Shown here: one piece after another, positions 1 through 8,623 of the stretch
How positions within the stretch are numbered: position 1 is the stretch's first letter
Layout: each line of letters starts with the position of its first letter
IMG/VR virus record: IMGVR_UViG_2778261166_000009
Location: 1-30,168 of that record
DNA length: 30,168 nt
Direction: 5' to 3' (one strand)
Origin: a virus
Taxonomy: Duplodnaviria > Heunggongvirae > Uroviricota > Caudoviricetes
The notes under the pieces: generated by a model
What the model was told of the DNA's origin: nothing
Database searches by the model: none
The model's input: the letters and a program-made list of their open reading frames with translations, nothing else
Translations under genes and position numbers: made by a program

Positions 1-296
1 CTATTTATCGGAAGGTTTATCTTGCTGCGGTTTGTTGTTGACCATATCGCACAACATAGAGAGCAGCATTAACCGTACTTTAAAGGGAGAATGACTAAAC
101 ACGCGCATACACCTCTTGAACTCATTCATAAGACCTCCTGACTTGCTAATCCCGTCGATCCTTGAGGGATGATTGCATTACATACAGATATAGCACAGGC
201 TATATTATAAAGCATCAACTATCTACGAAAAACAATAACTTACATTGTTATCAATAAGTTACGTTAGTTAATATCTGTGAGTATTCGGCAGTATTT

Positions 297-1337
297 CTAA
301 GCTGTCGCGACATTTTTGCGACATTTTAAGGGGTTAAGTCGCACGGCATCTTCAAGGTGGCTTGGGGCGAAATGGGCATAACGCATTGTCATAGTGATGT
401 CAGCGTGGCCGAGAATTTTTTGCAGAACCAGAATGTTCCCGCCGTTCATCATAAAGTGGCTGGCAAATGTATGGCGCAGTACATGGGTAAGCTGGCCGGA
501 GGGGAGTTCAATGCCTGCGCGTTCCAAAGCAGAGCGGAACGCGTTATAGCAGGGTTTGGGGAACAGAGCGCCTTTCGTTTCAGGCAATTCGGATAGAAGT
601 TCATCATCAAGGGGGATTGTTCTGTTGCGCTTCCCTTTGGTTTTGACGAACGTAACTTTATCGCCTGCGATCTGAGAGCTTTTCAGCGTTGCCGCTTCAT
701 TCCATCTTGCGCCGGTCGCAAGACAGATTTTTACGACTAGCTCCAAGTATTTTACTTTGCTTCGTTTGCATTCCAGCAAAAGCAGCTCAATTTCTTCAGC
801 AGTGAGGAAAGCCATTTCGGTTTCATCAGTACGATACTGTCTGACGTTTTCCAGTGGGTTGGGGGCTGACCATTCCCCGATTCGTTTCAGCTCGTTGAAC
901 ATAGCCAGGAAGTAAGCATGTTCAAGGTTCATTGTTTTCGGGGAAACCTTGGATACTCTGCTAGTGCGGGCATAATGCCCATCAAGCCTTTTTGCGCGGT
1001 AGGCCGTGAACAGCTGGGCATTAAACTCTGTAGCTAGCGGGAATCCCATGCACTCTGCCGCCCAGGTCATAGCGTCTTTGCGCTTTTGACCATTGCGCAA
1101 AGCTACTCCGTGGCGTTCATACCACATTGTGATCAGGTCTATTAAAGTTCGTTTGTCCTTCCCTTCACCCAGCCAGGGCGCACTGTCTACTTTCTGAAGC
1201 GTATGGTTCTCAAATGCCAGGGCTTCCCCCTTCGTGGCAAATTTTTTACGTATGCGCTTCCCGTTCTTACCATTACTACGGTTGACGGTGTAGAAGTCGG
1301 CGATCCATTCGCCTGTCGGAAGTTTACGAACACTCAT
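297..1337 (-). CDS. int: Tyrosine recombinase / phage integrase
   Basis: C-terminal catalytic region with HxxR...Y-type motifs (LRHTFASH..., MTMRYAHF); sits at the prophage edge downstream of the repressor. ATG at 1337 preferred over the TTG at 1346. Confidence 0.85.
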   Translation of the reverse strand: MSVRKLPTGEWIADFYTVNRSNGKNGKRIRKKFATKGEALAFENHTLQKVDSAPWLGEGKDKRTLIDLITMWYERHGVALRNGQKRKDAMTWAAECMGFPLATEFNAQLFTAYRAKRLDGHYARTSRVSKVSPKTMNLEHAYFLAMFNELKRIGEWSAPNPLENVRQYRTDETEMAFLTAEEIELLLLECKRSKVKYLELVVKICLATGARWNEAATLKSSQIAGDKVTFVKTKGKRNRTIPLDDELLSELPETKGALFPKPCYNAFRSALERAGIELPSGQLTHVLRHTFASHFMMNGGNILVLQKILGHADITMTMRYAHFAPSHLEDAVRLNPLKCRKNVATA

Positions 1338-1338
1338 T

Positions 1339-1917
1339 TCATTCAATCGTCAGAACAATGCGGCCGATGATTTTTATATCGTCAATACCGCAGTCAAAAG
1401 CCATACCTACGCCGCTTACTCTAACTTTTCCCACAGGGATGCGTGTTAGTGTTCTAACGCTGGTTTTACCTTCAACTTCGACAAGCCAAACATCGTCATA
1501 AACTTCAGTAAAGTGTTGATCAACAATGTATTGCATTGTGTTATCAATCACACAGATAGGATTCTGCGGTAAAGGTTTGCCAGGTAAAAAAGTAACCTTA
1601 TCGAGCATTAGGAAACCAGACTCATAGAGTTTTCCGTCCACAATCTTCTTGCGTGGCAATTTCATGATGTCTAATTCGTCATCGTTAAACTTTCTACCTT
1701 GTCCAGTCGCAAGCCATTCCAGAGTAGCTCCTGTTTCAGCCATACATCTAACAACGATATCAGCTGGAAAAAAATCCCTCTTATACCGGTTAGCCAGACT
1801 GCTGCTTGCTATATCAAGATGTTCGGCTAGGGCTAGTTTTGTGTTGAATCCATACGCTTGGATAACTCTATCTAGTACCTCAGCTCCGCCATGAGAAAAC
1901 TCAATTTGTAGATTCAC
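1339..1917 (-). CDS. cI: CI-type immunity repressor (phage 186 CI-like, 192 aa)
   Basis: Size and position match 186 CI; N-terminal HTH-like segment; GTG start at 1917; its stop abuts the int start (cI-int operon as in 186). Confidence 0.65.
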   Translation of the reverse strand: MNLQIEFSHGGAEVLDRVIQAYGFNTKLALAEHLDIASSSLANRYKRDFFPADIVVRCMAETGATLEWLATGQGRKFNDDELDIMKLPRKKIVDGKLYESGFLMLDKVTFLPGKPLPQNPICVIDNTMQYIVDQHFTEVYDDVWLVEVEGKTSVRTLTRIPVGKVRVSGVGMAFDCGIDDIKIIGRIVLTIE

Positions 1918-1941
1918 GAAAGTTTTACCTTGAAATCTTGC

Positions 1942-1963
1942 GCGGAGTGAGTTTAAACTCCGC
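1942..1963. promoter_or_regulatory. Dyad symmetry element in the divergent cI/apl switch region (candidate operator)
   Basis: GCGGAGT-N8-ACTCCGC with a palindromic centre GAGTTTAAACTC, lying between the cI start (1917) and the apl start (2037). Confidence 0.4.
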
Positions 1964-2036
1964 TTTGTAGGTTTAAGTGAATATTGACAGTTACAGCCCT
2001 GTATTGCCGTACAGGTTAACTTATGGAGTTTGCCTC

Positions 2037-2258
2037 ATGCGTCCGAACATTACAATCATCATCCCAGAGCCATACCTGCCTTTAGACGAGTATTGCCGCC
2101 GTACTGGTACCAACAAAGAAACCGCCAGGAACCTGATCGAATACGGGAAATTACCTATTAAGCCGAAGGGTAAGCAGAAGAAAGGCCTGGTCGAAGTCAA
2201 CATGGCCGCGCTCACTATTCAGGCTTTAAGCGAATGTGACATTTCGCTTAAAGCGTAA
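2037..2258 (+). CDS. apl: Apl/Cox-like excisionase / lytic-switch regulator
   Basis: Small basic protein, first gene of the rightward early operon, divergent from cI; GGAG ribosome-binding site before the ATG at 2037. Confidence 0.5.
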   Translation: MRPNITIIIPEPYLPLDEYCRRTGTNKETARNLIEYGKLPIKPKGKQKKGLVEVNMAALTIQALSECDISLKA

Positions 2259-2288
2259 TCCATCCTACGGATTAGGGAGAGGCAAACA

Positions 2289-2792
2289 ATGTTTGATTAC
2301 CAGACCTCTAAACATGCGCACTTTGATGCGGCTTGCCGAGCATTTGCAATTGAGCACAATCTTGAAGATGTGGCCGCTGCCGTTGGTATGAGGCCACAGA
2401 TCCTGCGTAATAAACTGAACCCAGCGCAACCGCACCGCCTGACCTGTGATGAACTTTTGGCTATCACGGATTACACCGAAGATGCGCGTTTACTGGATGG
2501 GATGCTGGGGCAGATTAACTGCCTTCCATCCGTACCGGTGAACAATGCAACAGAAGGCAACATGCAACTGTGTGCACTGAGCGCCACAGCCAGTGTGGGC
2601 GCGATTGCTGGGGAAGCCGTATCAGCTGGTCATATGACCGCCGCCCGCCGTACTCAAATTCTGGATCGTGCCCGAGATGCAATCCGTAGCTTATCCGTGC
2701 TGGCTTATACCGTTGAAAGCCGTATTCACTCTGCGCCGGTTTTGGCCGCTGCGGTGGATCTGGTCACAACCAACGCCACCGGCCTGATGTGA
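2289..2792 (+). CDS. cII: CII-like lysogeny-establishment regulator
   Basis: 167 aa ORF directly after apl, the position and size of 186 CII; sequence identity not verified. Confidence 0.5.
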   Translation: MFDYQTSKHAHFDAACRAFAIEHNLEDVAAAVGMRPQILRNKLNPAQPHRLTCDELLAITDYTEDARLLDGMLGQINCLPSVPVNNATEGNMQLCALSATASVGAIAGEAVSAGHMTAARRTQILDRARDAIRSLSVLAYTVESRIHSAPVLAAAVDLVTTNATGLM

Positions 2793-2801
2793 GGGAGAAC
2801 C

Positions 2802-2975
2802 ATGAAAGCGTTTGTCACTTACCTGAAAAACGAATCACCGGCCATGCAATTGCCCAGTGGTTCAACGGGCTGGATTGAACTGCCGAACGGTCAGCGCTGG
2901 AACCCTGGCCACATGTACAAATTCAATGGCCAGCAGCCGCGTCGCCCGTGGTGGCGTCGTCTGATGGGGCTATAG
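2802..2975 (+). CDS. Small hypothetical early protein (57 aa, fil position)
   Basis: ATG at 2802 preceded by GAGGGAG; open to TAG at 2973-2975; below the ORF-track length cutoff. Confidence 0.3.
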   Translation: MKAFVTYLKNESPAMQLPSGSTGWIELPNGQRWNPGHMYKFNGQQPRRPWWRRLMGL

Positions 2976-2984
2976 GGGGACGCT

Positions 2985-3413
2985 ATGGCGATTAGCCAGG
3001 AACAGCAAAAGCGCGGGCTGGAGCATTTAAAACAGATCCGCCGCAAATACTTCAGCGAAAGCAGCGAGGCCGCTGAATGGTGGGACAACTTGACACCGGA
3101 GTGGCGCGGCGTAGTACTTCATGCTGCTGCGGTTACTTCTGGTACCGGGGCATTTAAAGCCCATTTAAGCAAGTGCTGCTGGCGTGAGCTTTATGAACGC
3201 CTGGGCTATCGGGACATGATTCAACTGCGCCAGGGCATTTCACGGGCGCGGTTAACGTTTGAAGGTTTCGGCAGTTTACGTGACAGCGATTTTTCGAAAC
3301 GTACCGCGAACCGCCCAATCAAGAAGGTTCATCCAATTTATAGCAGCAGCGGGGTGCAGATGGTGGTTGCACCTCATATTGTCCAGAAGTTACAGCAACA
3401 GGGGAATCACTGA
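2985..3413 (+). CDS. Hypothetical early protein (142 aa)
   Basis: ATG with upstream AGGGGGA; stop overlaps the start of the next ORF (TGATG). Confidence 0.5.
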   Translation: MAISQEQQKRGLEHLKQIRRKYFSESSEAAEWWDNLTPEWRGVVLHAAAVTSGTGAFKAHLSKCCWRELYERLGYRDMIQLRQGISRARLTFEGFGSLRDSDFSKRTANRPIKKVHPIYSSSGVQMVVAPHIVQKLQQQGNH

Positions 3414-3814
3414 TGTCCATTATTTCGGTTGAAGGTAAATCACTAGGGGCAGAGCTGGCTGTGTGGGGCGTCCCGCATAACTACGCATTAGCGTTTGCAG
3501 AGAAAAGCACCAGTAAAAATGGGCGTATCGCTTTGCATCCGTTCTTCTTCAACGACACTGAACACATGACAAATCCGCGTCACTGGCTGGCGATCAATGC
3601 TGCTTTCTGGTGCTGCGTATATCGCGAAGCGAAAAGCAAAGAAGCCCAGATAGAAGCGCTGGCGGGGATTCGTGCAATTTTCTATACAGCCGGGGCGTTG
3701 GGCGTTGGCGAGATAAAAGCGCTGATCCAGGAGTGGTGGCGGATAACCTATGAGCTGCACCTGATTCCGGCACCGAACTACTCAGCCGCCACAGTACAAC
3801 CCACTTTTCACTAA
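3413..3814 (+). CDS. Hypothetical early protein (133 aa)
   Basis: Translationally coupled to the preceding ORF; no recognisable motif. Confidence 0.5.
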   Translation: MSIISVEGKSLGAELAVWGVPHNYALAFAEKSTSKNGRIALHPFFFNDTEHMTNPRHWLAINAAFWCCVYREAKSKEAQIEALAGIRAIFYTAGALGVGEIKALIQEWWRITYELHLIPAPNYSAATVQPTFH

Positions 3815-3881
3815 TTAACAGCCTGAATTTTTTGGCCACGGTTCAAGTGGCCGGGGATTCTTTTGCCTTAAGGAAACCAAA

Positions 3882-4115
3882 ATGCACATGACACGTCAGG
3901 ATTTACCCGCAACAAAATCAGGCACCGACCTGCTGGCCATGCTCACCAAAGCCACGCAGGAAGGTAAAGCCGCAGCAGCTGATCTGTGTTCCACCCGTCT
4001 GGATAAGCTGGCCACTCATGCGGCCAATGAAGGTTTAAGCGCAACGGAAATCGTTGAGTTAATCCGCGAAGAAGCCGCAGCGATTTGCAGCAAAGGCGGT
4101 GCGGCATGGAATTGA
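3882..4115 (+). CDS. Hypothetical small helical protein (77 aa)
   Basis: ATG ORF whose stop overlaps the exonuclease start; preceded by the inverted repeat GGCCAC-N7-GTGGCC. Confidence 0.4.
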   Translation: MHMTRQDLPATKSGTDLLAMLTKATQEGKAAAADLCSTRLDKLATHAANEGLSATEIVELIREEAAAICSKGGAAWN

Positions 4116-4810
4116 GCACTCGCAATCAACTTTTTTCGGCCATTTTGGGTGGGGTGGTTTCTGGTGCCAGAGCTAAAGAAGGGGCTTCGTTGCGCGATGT
4201 GATTCGCCAGTGTTGGAGGATCACCGATCAGTCTCTGTATTTTTCCGACCGTCTGGAAACCGAACAACAGATAGCAAAGCGCTGGATTGATAAGGGCTTT
4301 GTCATTCTTGATACAGAAACCACAGGACTAGGATTTGATGATGAAATTGTAGAAATTTCGATCATCGACTGTGCTGGTTACGTTTTGCTTAATACGCTGG
4401 TCAAGCCATCGAAATCTATTCCAGAAGCGGCAACTGCAATTCACGGTATTACGGATGAAATGGTTGCTAATGCACCATCATGGTTGGAAATTCTGCCGAA
4501 AGTATTGGAGTTAACAAGTAAAGGCTGGGTCGCATATAACGCAAAATTTGATGCGCGTATGTTGCGCCAGTCTGGTGGGGATTATGAACAGCATGAGGAT
4601 ATATGCACCCCTGAGTGCGTAATGCAGCTGTACGCAGATTATAACGGTGAATGGGATGTTGTACGCCGTAAAACCCGCTGGAAACGACTTGTGGATGCAG
4701 CGGCGGCGCTTAAGGTTGATGCCGGAGAAGGTGCACCACATAGAGCGTTGTATGACTGCAATCTGACGCTTGGTGTGATCCTTGCTATTGCAGAAGGCGG
4801 TGCAAAATGA
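4106..4810 (+). CDS. DnaQ-like 3'-5' exonuclease (DEDDh family)
   Basis: Exo I ILDTETTG, Exo [12 protein letters not shown], Exo III HRALYDC motifs; lower GC than neighbouring genes. Confidence 0.75.
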   Translation: MELSTRNQLFSAILGGVVSGARAKEGASLRDVIRQCWRITDQSLYFSDRLETEQQIAKRWIDKGFVILDTETTGLGFDDEIVEISIIDCAGYVLLNTLVKPSKSIPEAATAIHGITDEMVANAPSWLEILPKVLELTSKGWVAYNAKFDARMLRQSGGDYEQHEDICTPECVMQLYADYNGEWDVVRRKTRWKRLVDAAAALKVDAGEGAPHRALYDCNLTLGVILAIAEGGAK

Positions 4811-5136
4811 CAATCAAAATCCACACGATAAAGATTGCGCCGAAATACCTTGATGCAGTAGTGGCTGGCCAGAAAAAGGCCGAACTGCGAAAAAACGATC
4901 GCGGGTACAAAACCGGTAATGTTCTTTCACTTTGTGAGTGGAAGCACGGGAAATACACCGGGCGTGAGTGGGCGGCGGTTATCACCCATGTTTTTCCTGT
5001 AAATGAAATTATCGCTGATACCGAAAACTGGGCGGTTTTGTCCATCTGTTCACTGTCGCCGCTTGAAGTGCTGGAATACATCATTTCAAACGGTGTCACT
5101 GAGGCGTTAGCTGGCGGAGGTCAATATGGCCGTTAA
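4807..5136 (+). CDS. ASCH (PUA-like) domain protein
   Basis: Motif [25 protein letters not shown] matches the ASCH GxKxxExR core; ATGA overlap with the exonuclease stop. Confidence 0.6.
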   Translation: MTIKIHTIKIAPKYLDAVVAGQKKAELRKNDRGYKTGNVLSLCEWKHGKYTGREWAAVITHVFPVNEIIADTENWAVLSICSLSPLEVLEYIISNGVTEALAGGGQYGR

Positions 5137-5986
5137 AACTCCGCTTAAATGGGTGGGCAGCAAAGCCCGCCTTATGCCTAAGCTGCGTCCGCACCTTCCA
5201 GAAGGTAAACGCCTGGTTGAACCGTTCGCAGGTTCCTGCGCCGTCATGATGAATACGGATTATGACGAGTATCTGATCGCAGATGTGAATCCTGATCTGG
5301 TTAATCTTTATAAGGCGATGGCGTATCACACTGATGCGCTGCTGAATGAGCTGGAGATCCTGTTTACTGCCAGTTCGTTAGGTGATGAAGAAAGCCGTGC
5401 CGTTTTCTATTACGCCGTGCGTGATGCTTTCAATCTTTCTGGTGGTAAGGCTGGTTCTGAATCTGTTGAAAATGCTGCGCGTTTCCTGTACCTGAATCGC
5501 CACTGCTTCAATGGCCTGTGCCGGTATAACCGCCGAGGACAGTTCAACGTCCCGTTCGGTAAGTACAAAAAGCCTTATTTCCCCGCTGATGAAATCCGCG
5601 CCTTTGCTGAAAAAGCGAAACGCGCAACGTTCATTACTGCCCACTATTCAGAAACACTCGATTTGGTTCGGGACGGGAATGACGTTGTTTACTGTGATCC
5701 GCCTTATCTGACTGAAAGCGACAATTTCACCGCTTACCATGAGCGCGGTTTTACGCATATGGATCAGGGGAGGCTGGCGCGTAAGTTGCGCCGTCTGGCC
5801 AGAAAAGGTGTGCCGGTTGTGGCCTCTAACGCCGATCTGGAAATGGTTCATTACCTGTACGCCGGATTTGAAGCCGTTCGCGTTAATGCCCCGCGAAGTA
5901 TTGGTGCCGCAGCTACATGCCAAAAGACGGCCGCTGAGTTGATTCTGAAGTCTCCGCTTGATTCCATTGTGGTGGCTTGTGCATGA
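5126..5986 (+). CDS. dam: DNA adenine methyltransferase (Dam family)
   Basis: N-terminal LKWVGSK and EPFAGS (AdoMet binding) plus the catalytic DPPY motif (VVYCDPPYL). Confidence 0.85.
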   Translation: MAVKTPLKWVGSKARLMPKLRPHLPEGKRLVEPFAGSCAVMMNTDYDEYLIADVNPDLVNLYKAMAYHTDALLNELEILFTASSLGDEESRAVFYYAVRDAFNLSGGKAGSESVENAARFLYLNRHCFNGLCRYNRRGQFNVPFGKYKKPYFPADEIRAFAEKAKRATFITAHYSETLDLVRDGNDVVYCDPPYLTESDNFTAYHERGFTHMDQGRLARKLRRLARKGVPVVASNADLEMVHYLYAGFEAVRVNAPRSIGAAATCQKTAAELILKSPLDSIVVACA

Positions 5987-8004
5987 CGCTGGCAATAAAC
6001 GAACAATGCTATGCCGTTGATGCCTGGAGGCGGGAAACATTCGCGCCAGGCACTCCGGCAGACGCGACAATCACAGAACGCCGCCTGTGGGCTGTAAACC
6101 CGCAGGATTATGAATGGCGATCCCGGTACCTGCATGAGATACCCGACTGGTTAGCCGGGTATTTTGGCCGTCGTTACGAAAAGCTTTTTTCTGGCCGTGA
6201 CGGGCGTCGCCGTGCCAATACATTCCTGCGCAAAACAATCGGTGAGAATGTATTGCCACGTCTGCGCAAAGTGGCTGCGCGTTACTCGCTGGCCGCTGAT
6301 GCTGCTGATCTTCCTTTTGGTAAGTCGCTGGAGCGCTTGCCGTCACTAGACCGTCCTGATCTTAAAAAACTGGCTGGCCAGATATCTGGCTGGATTTCCC
6401 AGTCACTTTATGACTTCACCGAACAGTTTGATTCCGGCGCTGACGACGCCAGAGAGCTGCATCGCCGCACCCTGGAATCATACCGCCATCTTTGTGCCTG
6501 TTGCCTGATGCTGAATAACCAGCCGCCGTACTGGGCTGAACATGAGGCCAATGAAGGTCAACTGGAAATGCGTAAGGCGGAATCCGGGATACTGCGCATG
6601 ATGGCGCCGGAATGGTGGTACCTGCGTTTTAAACGTGCTCGTGATACGCAGCGCGAGCACATGGCCATTACGGTGGGACAGGTGCAAAAAGCGGCCAGCG
6701 CTTATGTATCTCGCAAAACACTGGGCGAATGGATAGACCAGAAAAAGCGGAATCTGGAGTTCTTTAAAAAGTTTGATCTGCTGAATGATGAGGGGCTGCG
6801 CATTGCACTGGACAGCATGGTGCACCGCAGCGTTGCAAATCCGGCGATCCGTCGATGTGAACTAATGGTAAGAATGCGAGGGTTCGAAGATATGGCCAAT
6901 GAAGAAGGGCTGGCCGGTGAGTTTTACACTATCACCGCGCCATCACGTTTCCATGCGGTTCACAGCAAAGGGGGCTTTGTATCGCAATGGGATGGAAGTA
7001 CACCGCAGGATACCCAGCGCTATTTATGCGGCGTATGGGCAAAAGCACGCGCAGCGATCTCGCGTGCGGGTATTCATGTATTTGGGTTTCGGGTTGTTGA
7101 GCCTCACCATGACGGGACACCGCACTGGCATATGTTGCTTTTTATGCGTCCGCAGGACGTGGACACGGTGCGCGATATTCTTTGCTATCACGCCAGAATT
7201 ACCGATTCTGAAGAACTGCAATCTGAAAAGGCGCTGAAGGCACGTTTTCATGTTGAAGCTATCGATCCCGCCAAAGGTTCGGCCACGGGCTACATCGCGA
7301 AATACATTTCAAAAAATATTGATGGTTTTGCGCTTGATGGTGAGCAGGACGAAGAAACCGGCGAAAACCTGCGTGATATGGCTAAGTCCGTTTCCGCGTG
7401 GGCTTCACGCTGGCGTATTCGCCAGTTTCAGCAGATTGGTGGTGCGCCGGTAACCGTCTGGCGTGAGCTGCGTCGGTTGCGGGATCAGGTACTGACAGAT
7501 CGCAGAATGGATGCGGTTCTGGCCGCTGCTGATGTCGGGGACTGGGCTGCATATACCCAGGCGCAGGGAGGGGCACTGGTTGCCCGCCGTGATCTGGTTG
7601 TTCGTCTGGCCTATGAAATTACGGAACAGGGCAACGAATACGCGGAGGACGTGCAGCGCGTACAGGGTGTTTATTCTCCTTTGGTTCCTGATTCAGAAGT
7701 TTGCACCCGTCTGGTTAAGTGGCAAAAGGTTGCGAAGTTGGCCGAAGCGCCAGCGGAGGCGGGTTTTTCTGGCGGCAACGCCGCCCCTTGGAGTTCTGTC
7801 AATAACTGTACGGAAGGGGGAACCCGCAGACGGTTAAAACTGGAATTATGCAGTCGGGGTTTTGATGGTTCTGATGAAGAAATAGCGATTCTCCTGCGGG
7901 GTAGTGGTTTGAGATTTGGTCAGGGCGCTCTGATTTACCGCAACGGACGGCTTAAAGAGACTCAAAACGAGCCATTACAGGAGCTGTGGCCGGGGTGGTT
8001 ATAG
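5983..8004 (+). CDS. A: Rolling-circle replication initiator endonuclease (P2 gpA-like)
   Basis: HUH-type motif HWHMLLF and tyrosine pair GYIAKYISK; ATGA overlap with the dam stop; position matches P2/186 gene A. Confidence 0.8.
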   Translation: MTLAINEQCYAVDAWRRETFAPGTPADATITERRLWAVNPQDYEWRSRYLHEIPDWLAGYFGRRYEKLFSGRDGRRRANTFLRKTIGENVLPRLRKVAARYSLAADAADLPFGKSLERLPSLDRPDLKKLAGQISGWISQSLYDFTEQFDSGADDARELHRRTLESYRHLCACCLMLNNQPPYWAEHEANEGQLEMRKAESGILRMMAPEWWYLRFKRARDTQREHMAITVGQVQKAASAYVSRKTLGEWIDQKKRNLEFFKKFDLLNDEGLRIALDSMVHRSVANPAIRRCELMVRMRGFEDMANEEGLAGEFYTITAPSRFHAVHSKGGFVSQWDGSTPQDTQRYLCGVWAKARAAISRAGIHVFGFRVVEPHHDGTPHWHMLLFMRPQDVDTVRDILCYHARITDSEELQSEKALKARFHVEAIDPAKGSATGYIAKYISKNIDGFALDGEQDEETGENLRDMAKSVSAWASRWRIRQFQQIGGAPVTVWRELRRLRDQVLTDRRMDAVLAAADVGDWAAYTQAQGGALVARRDLVVRLAYEITEQGNEYAEDVQRVQGVYSPLVPDSEVCTRLVKWQKVAKLAEAPAEAGFSGGNAAPWSSVNNCTEGGTRRRLKLELCSRGFDGSDEEIAILLRGSGLRFGQGALIYRNGRLKETQNEPLQELWPGWL

Positions 8005-8081
8005 CGGTGTAAGTATGTGAAAGGCATTCATTTGTCAGTAGATGGCAGGAAATTAAATTTCACAATTCGTGCTTTAAGGTG

Positions 8082-8101
8082 TACTGTATGTATATCCAGT
8101 T
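8082..8101. promoter_or_regulatory. LexA (SOS) box candidate
   Basis: TACTGTATGTATATCCAGTT against the consensus CTGT-N8-ACAG with one arm mismatch (CCAG); about 25 bp upstream of the ORF starting at 8124. Confidence 0.5.
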
Positions 8102-8123
8102 ATTTATTGCTTGTGGGGGCTAA

Positions 8124-8330
8124 ATGGATCTTTTGGAGGCGTCGGCACAGCTGGAACGCATTGAGTTATTGGCCAAAATTGCCCATATTTACGAAAGTAA
8201 CCAGAGAGAGAAAACAATCGCTTTGGCCTGGATTGGAGAGCTTGCGGGAGAGGTTCGCGAAATGGTAAAAAAGGAAGGGCAACGCCCCCAGAATGGGGGC
8301 ATTTTAGGCGGCGGGGGGCGTTTTCAGTAG
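8124..8330 (+). CDS. Small SOS-controlled protein, candidate Tum-like antirepressor (68 aa)
   Basis: ATG preceded by GGGGG; LexA-box candidate just upstream; lies after gene A where 186 carries tum. No sequence similarity to Tum was verified. Confidence 0.4.
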   Translation: MDLLEASAQLERIELLAKIAHIYESNQREKTIALAWIGELAGEVREMVKKEGQRPQNGGILGGGGRFQ

Positions 8331-8573
8331 GTCTAATGCCATCTGGCGCTGATCGGGTGAAAGTGCATTCAGTATTTTTTGCACCATCGCATCACCCGTT
8401 TTAGCGCTGGGGCTGAGAGTGTGGGAGAACGTCAGATTCATAACAAACGTGTGGCCACACTCAACATCTGAACAGGCGCAGTAAATATCCGCAATCTGCC
8501 GGTGCTTCCGGTTCGTTTTACGAATAACAGCCTTTGAGCCGCATTCCGGGCATTCGATTTTCAGAACTCGCAT
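8304..8573 (-). CDS. Ogr/Delta-family zinc-finger late-gene activator
   Basis: CPECG-x18-YCAC-x4-CGHTF matches the Ogr/Delta C4 pattern; ATG at 8573 has a GGAG site upstream; an alternative coupled start at 8627 overlaps the portal stop. Confidence 0.6.
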   Translation of the reverse strand: MRVLKIECPECGSKAVIRKTNRKHRQIADIYCACSDVECGHTFVMNLTFSHTLSPSAKTGDAMVQKILNALSPDQRQMALDLLKTPPAA

Positions 8574-8623
8574 ATTCCATGCTCCAGCTGTTAAATGATG
8601 CCTGGATTTTAGCCTGTTTCGCC

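Noticed and set aside
1-296. tRNA gene at the attL side as integration target
   Set aside because: No tRNA-like 3' end (GGTTCGAATCC-type T-arm or CCA end) was found by eye; a short 16-codon ORF at 91-141 with a ribosome-binding site is too short to call.
357-596. 79-aa + strand ORF inside the integrase gene
   Set aside because: Antisense to the integrase catalytic region; no start context.
8017-8268. 83-aa + strand ORF overlapping the Tum-like ORF in another frame
   Set aside because: Would start upstream of the LexA box/promoter and has a poor start context; the ATG ORF at 8124 with a ribosome-binding site is the better model.
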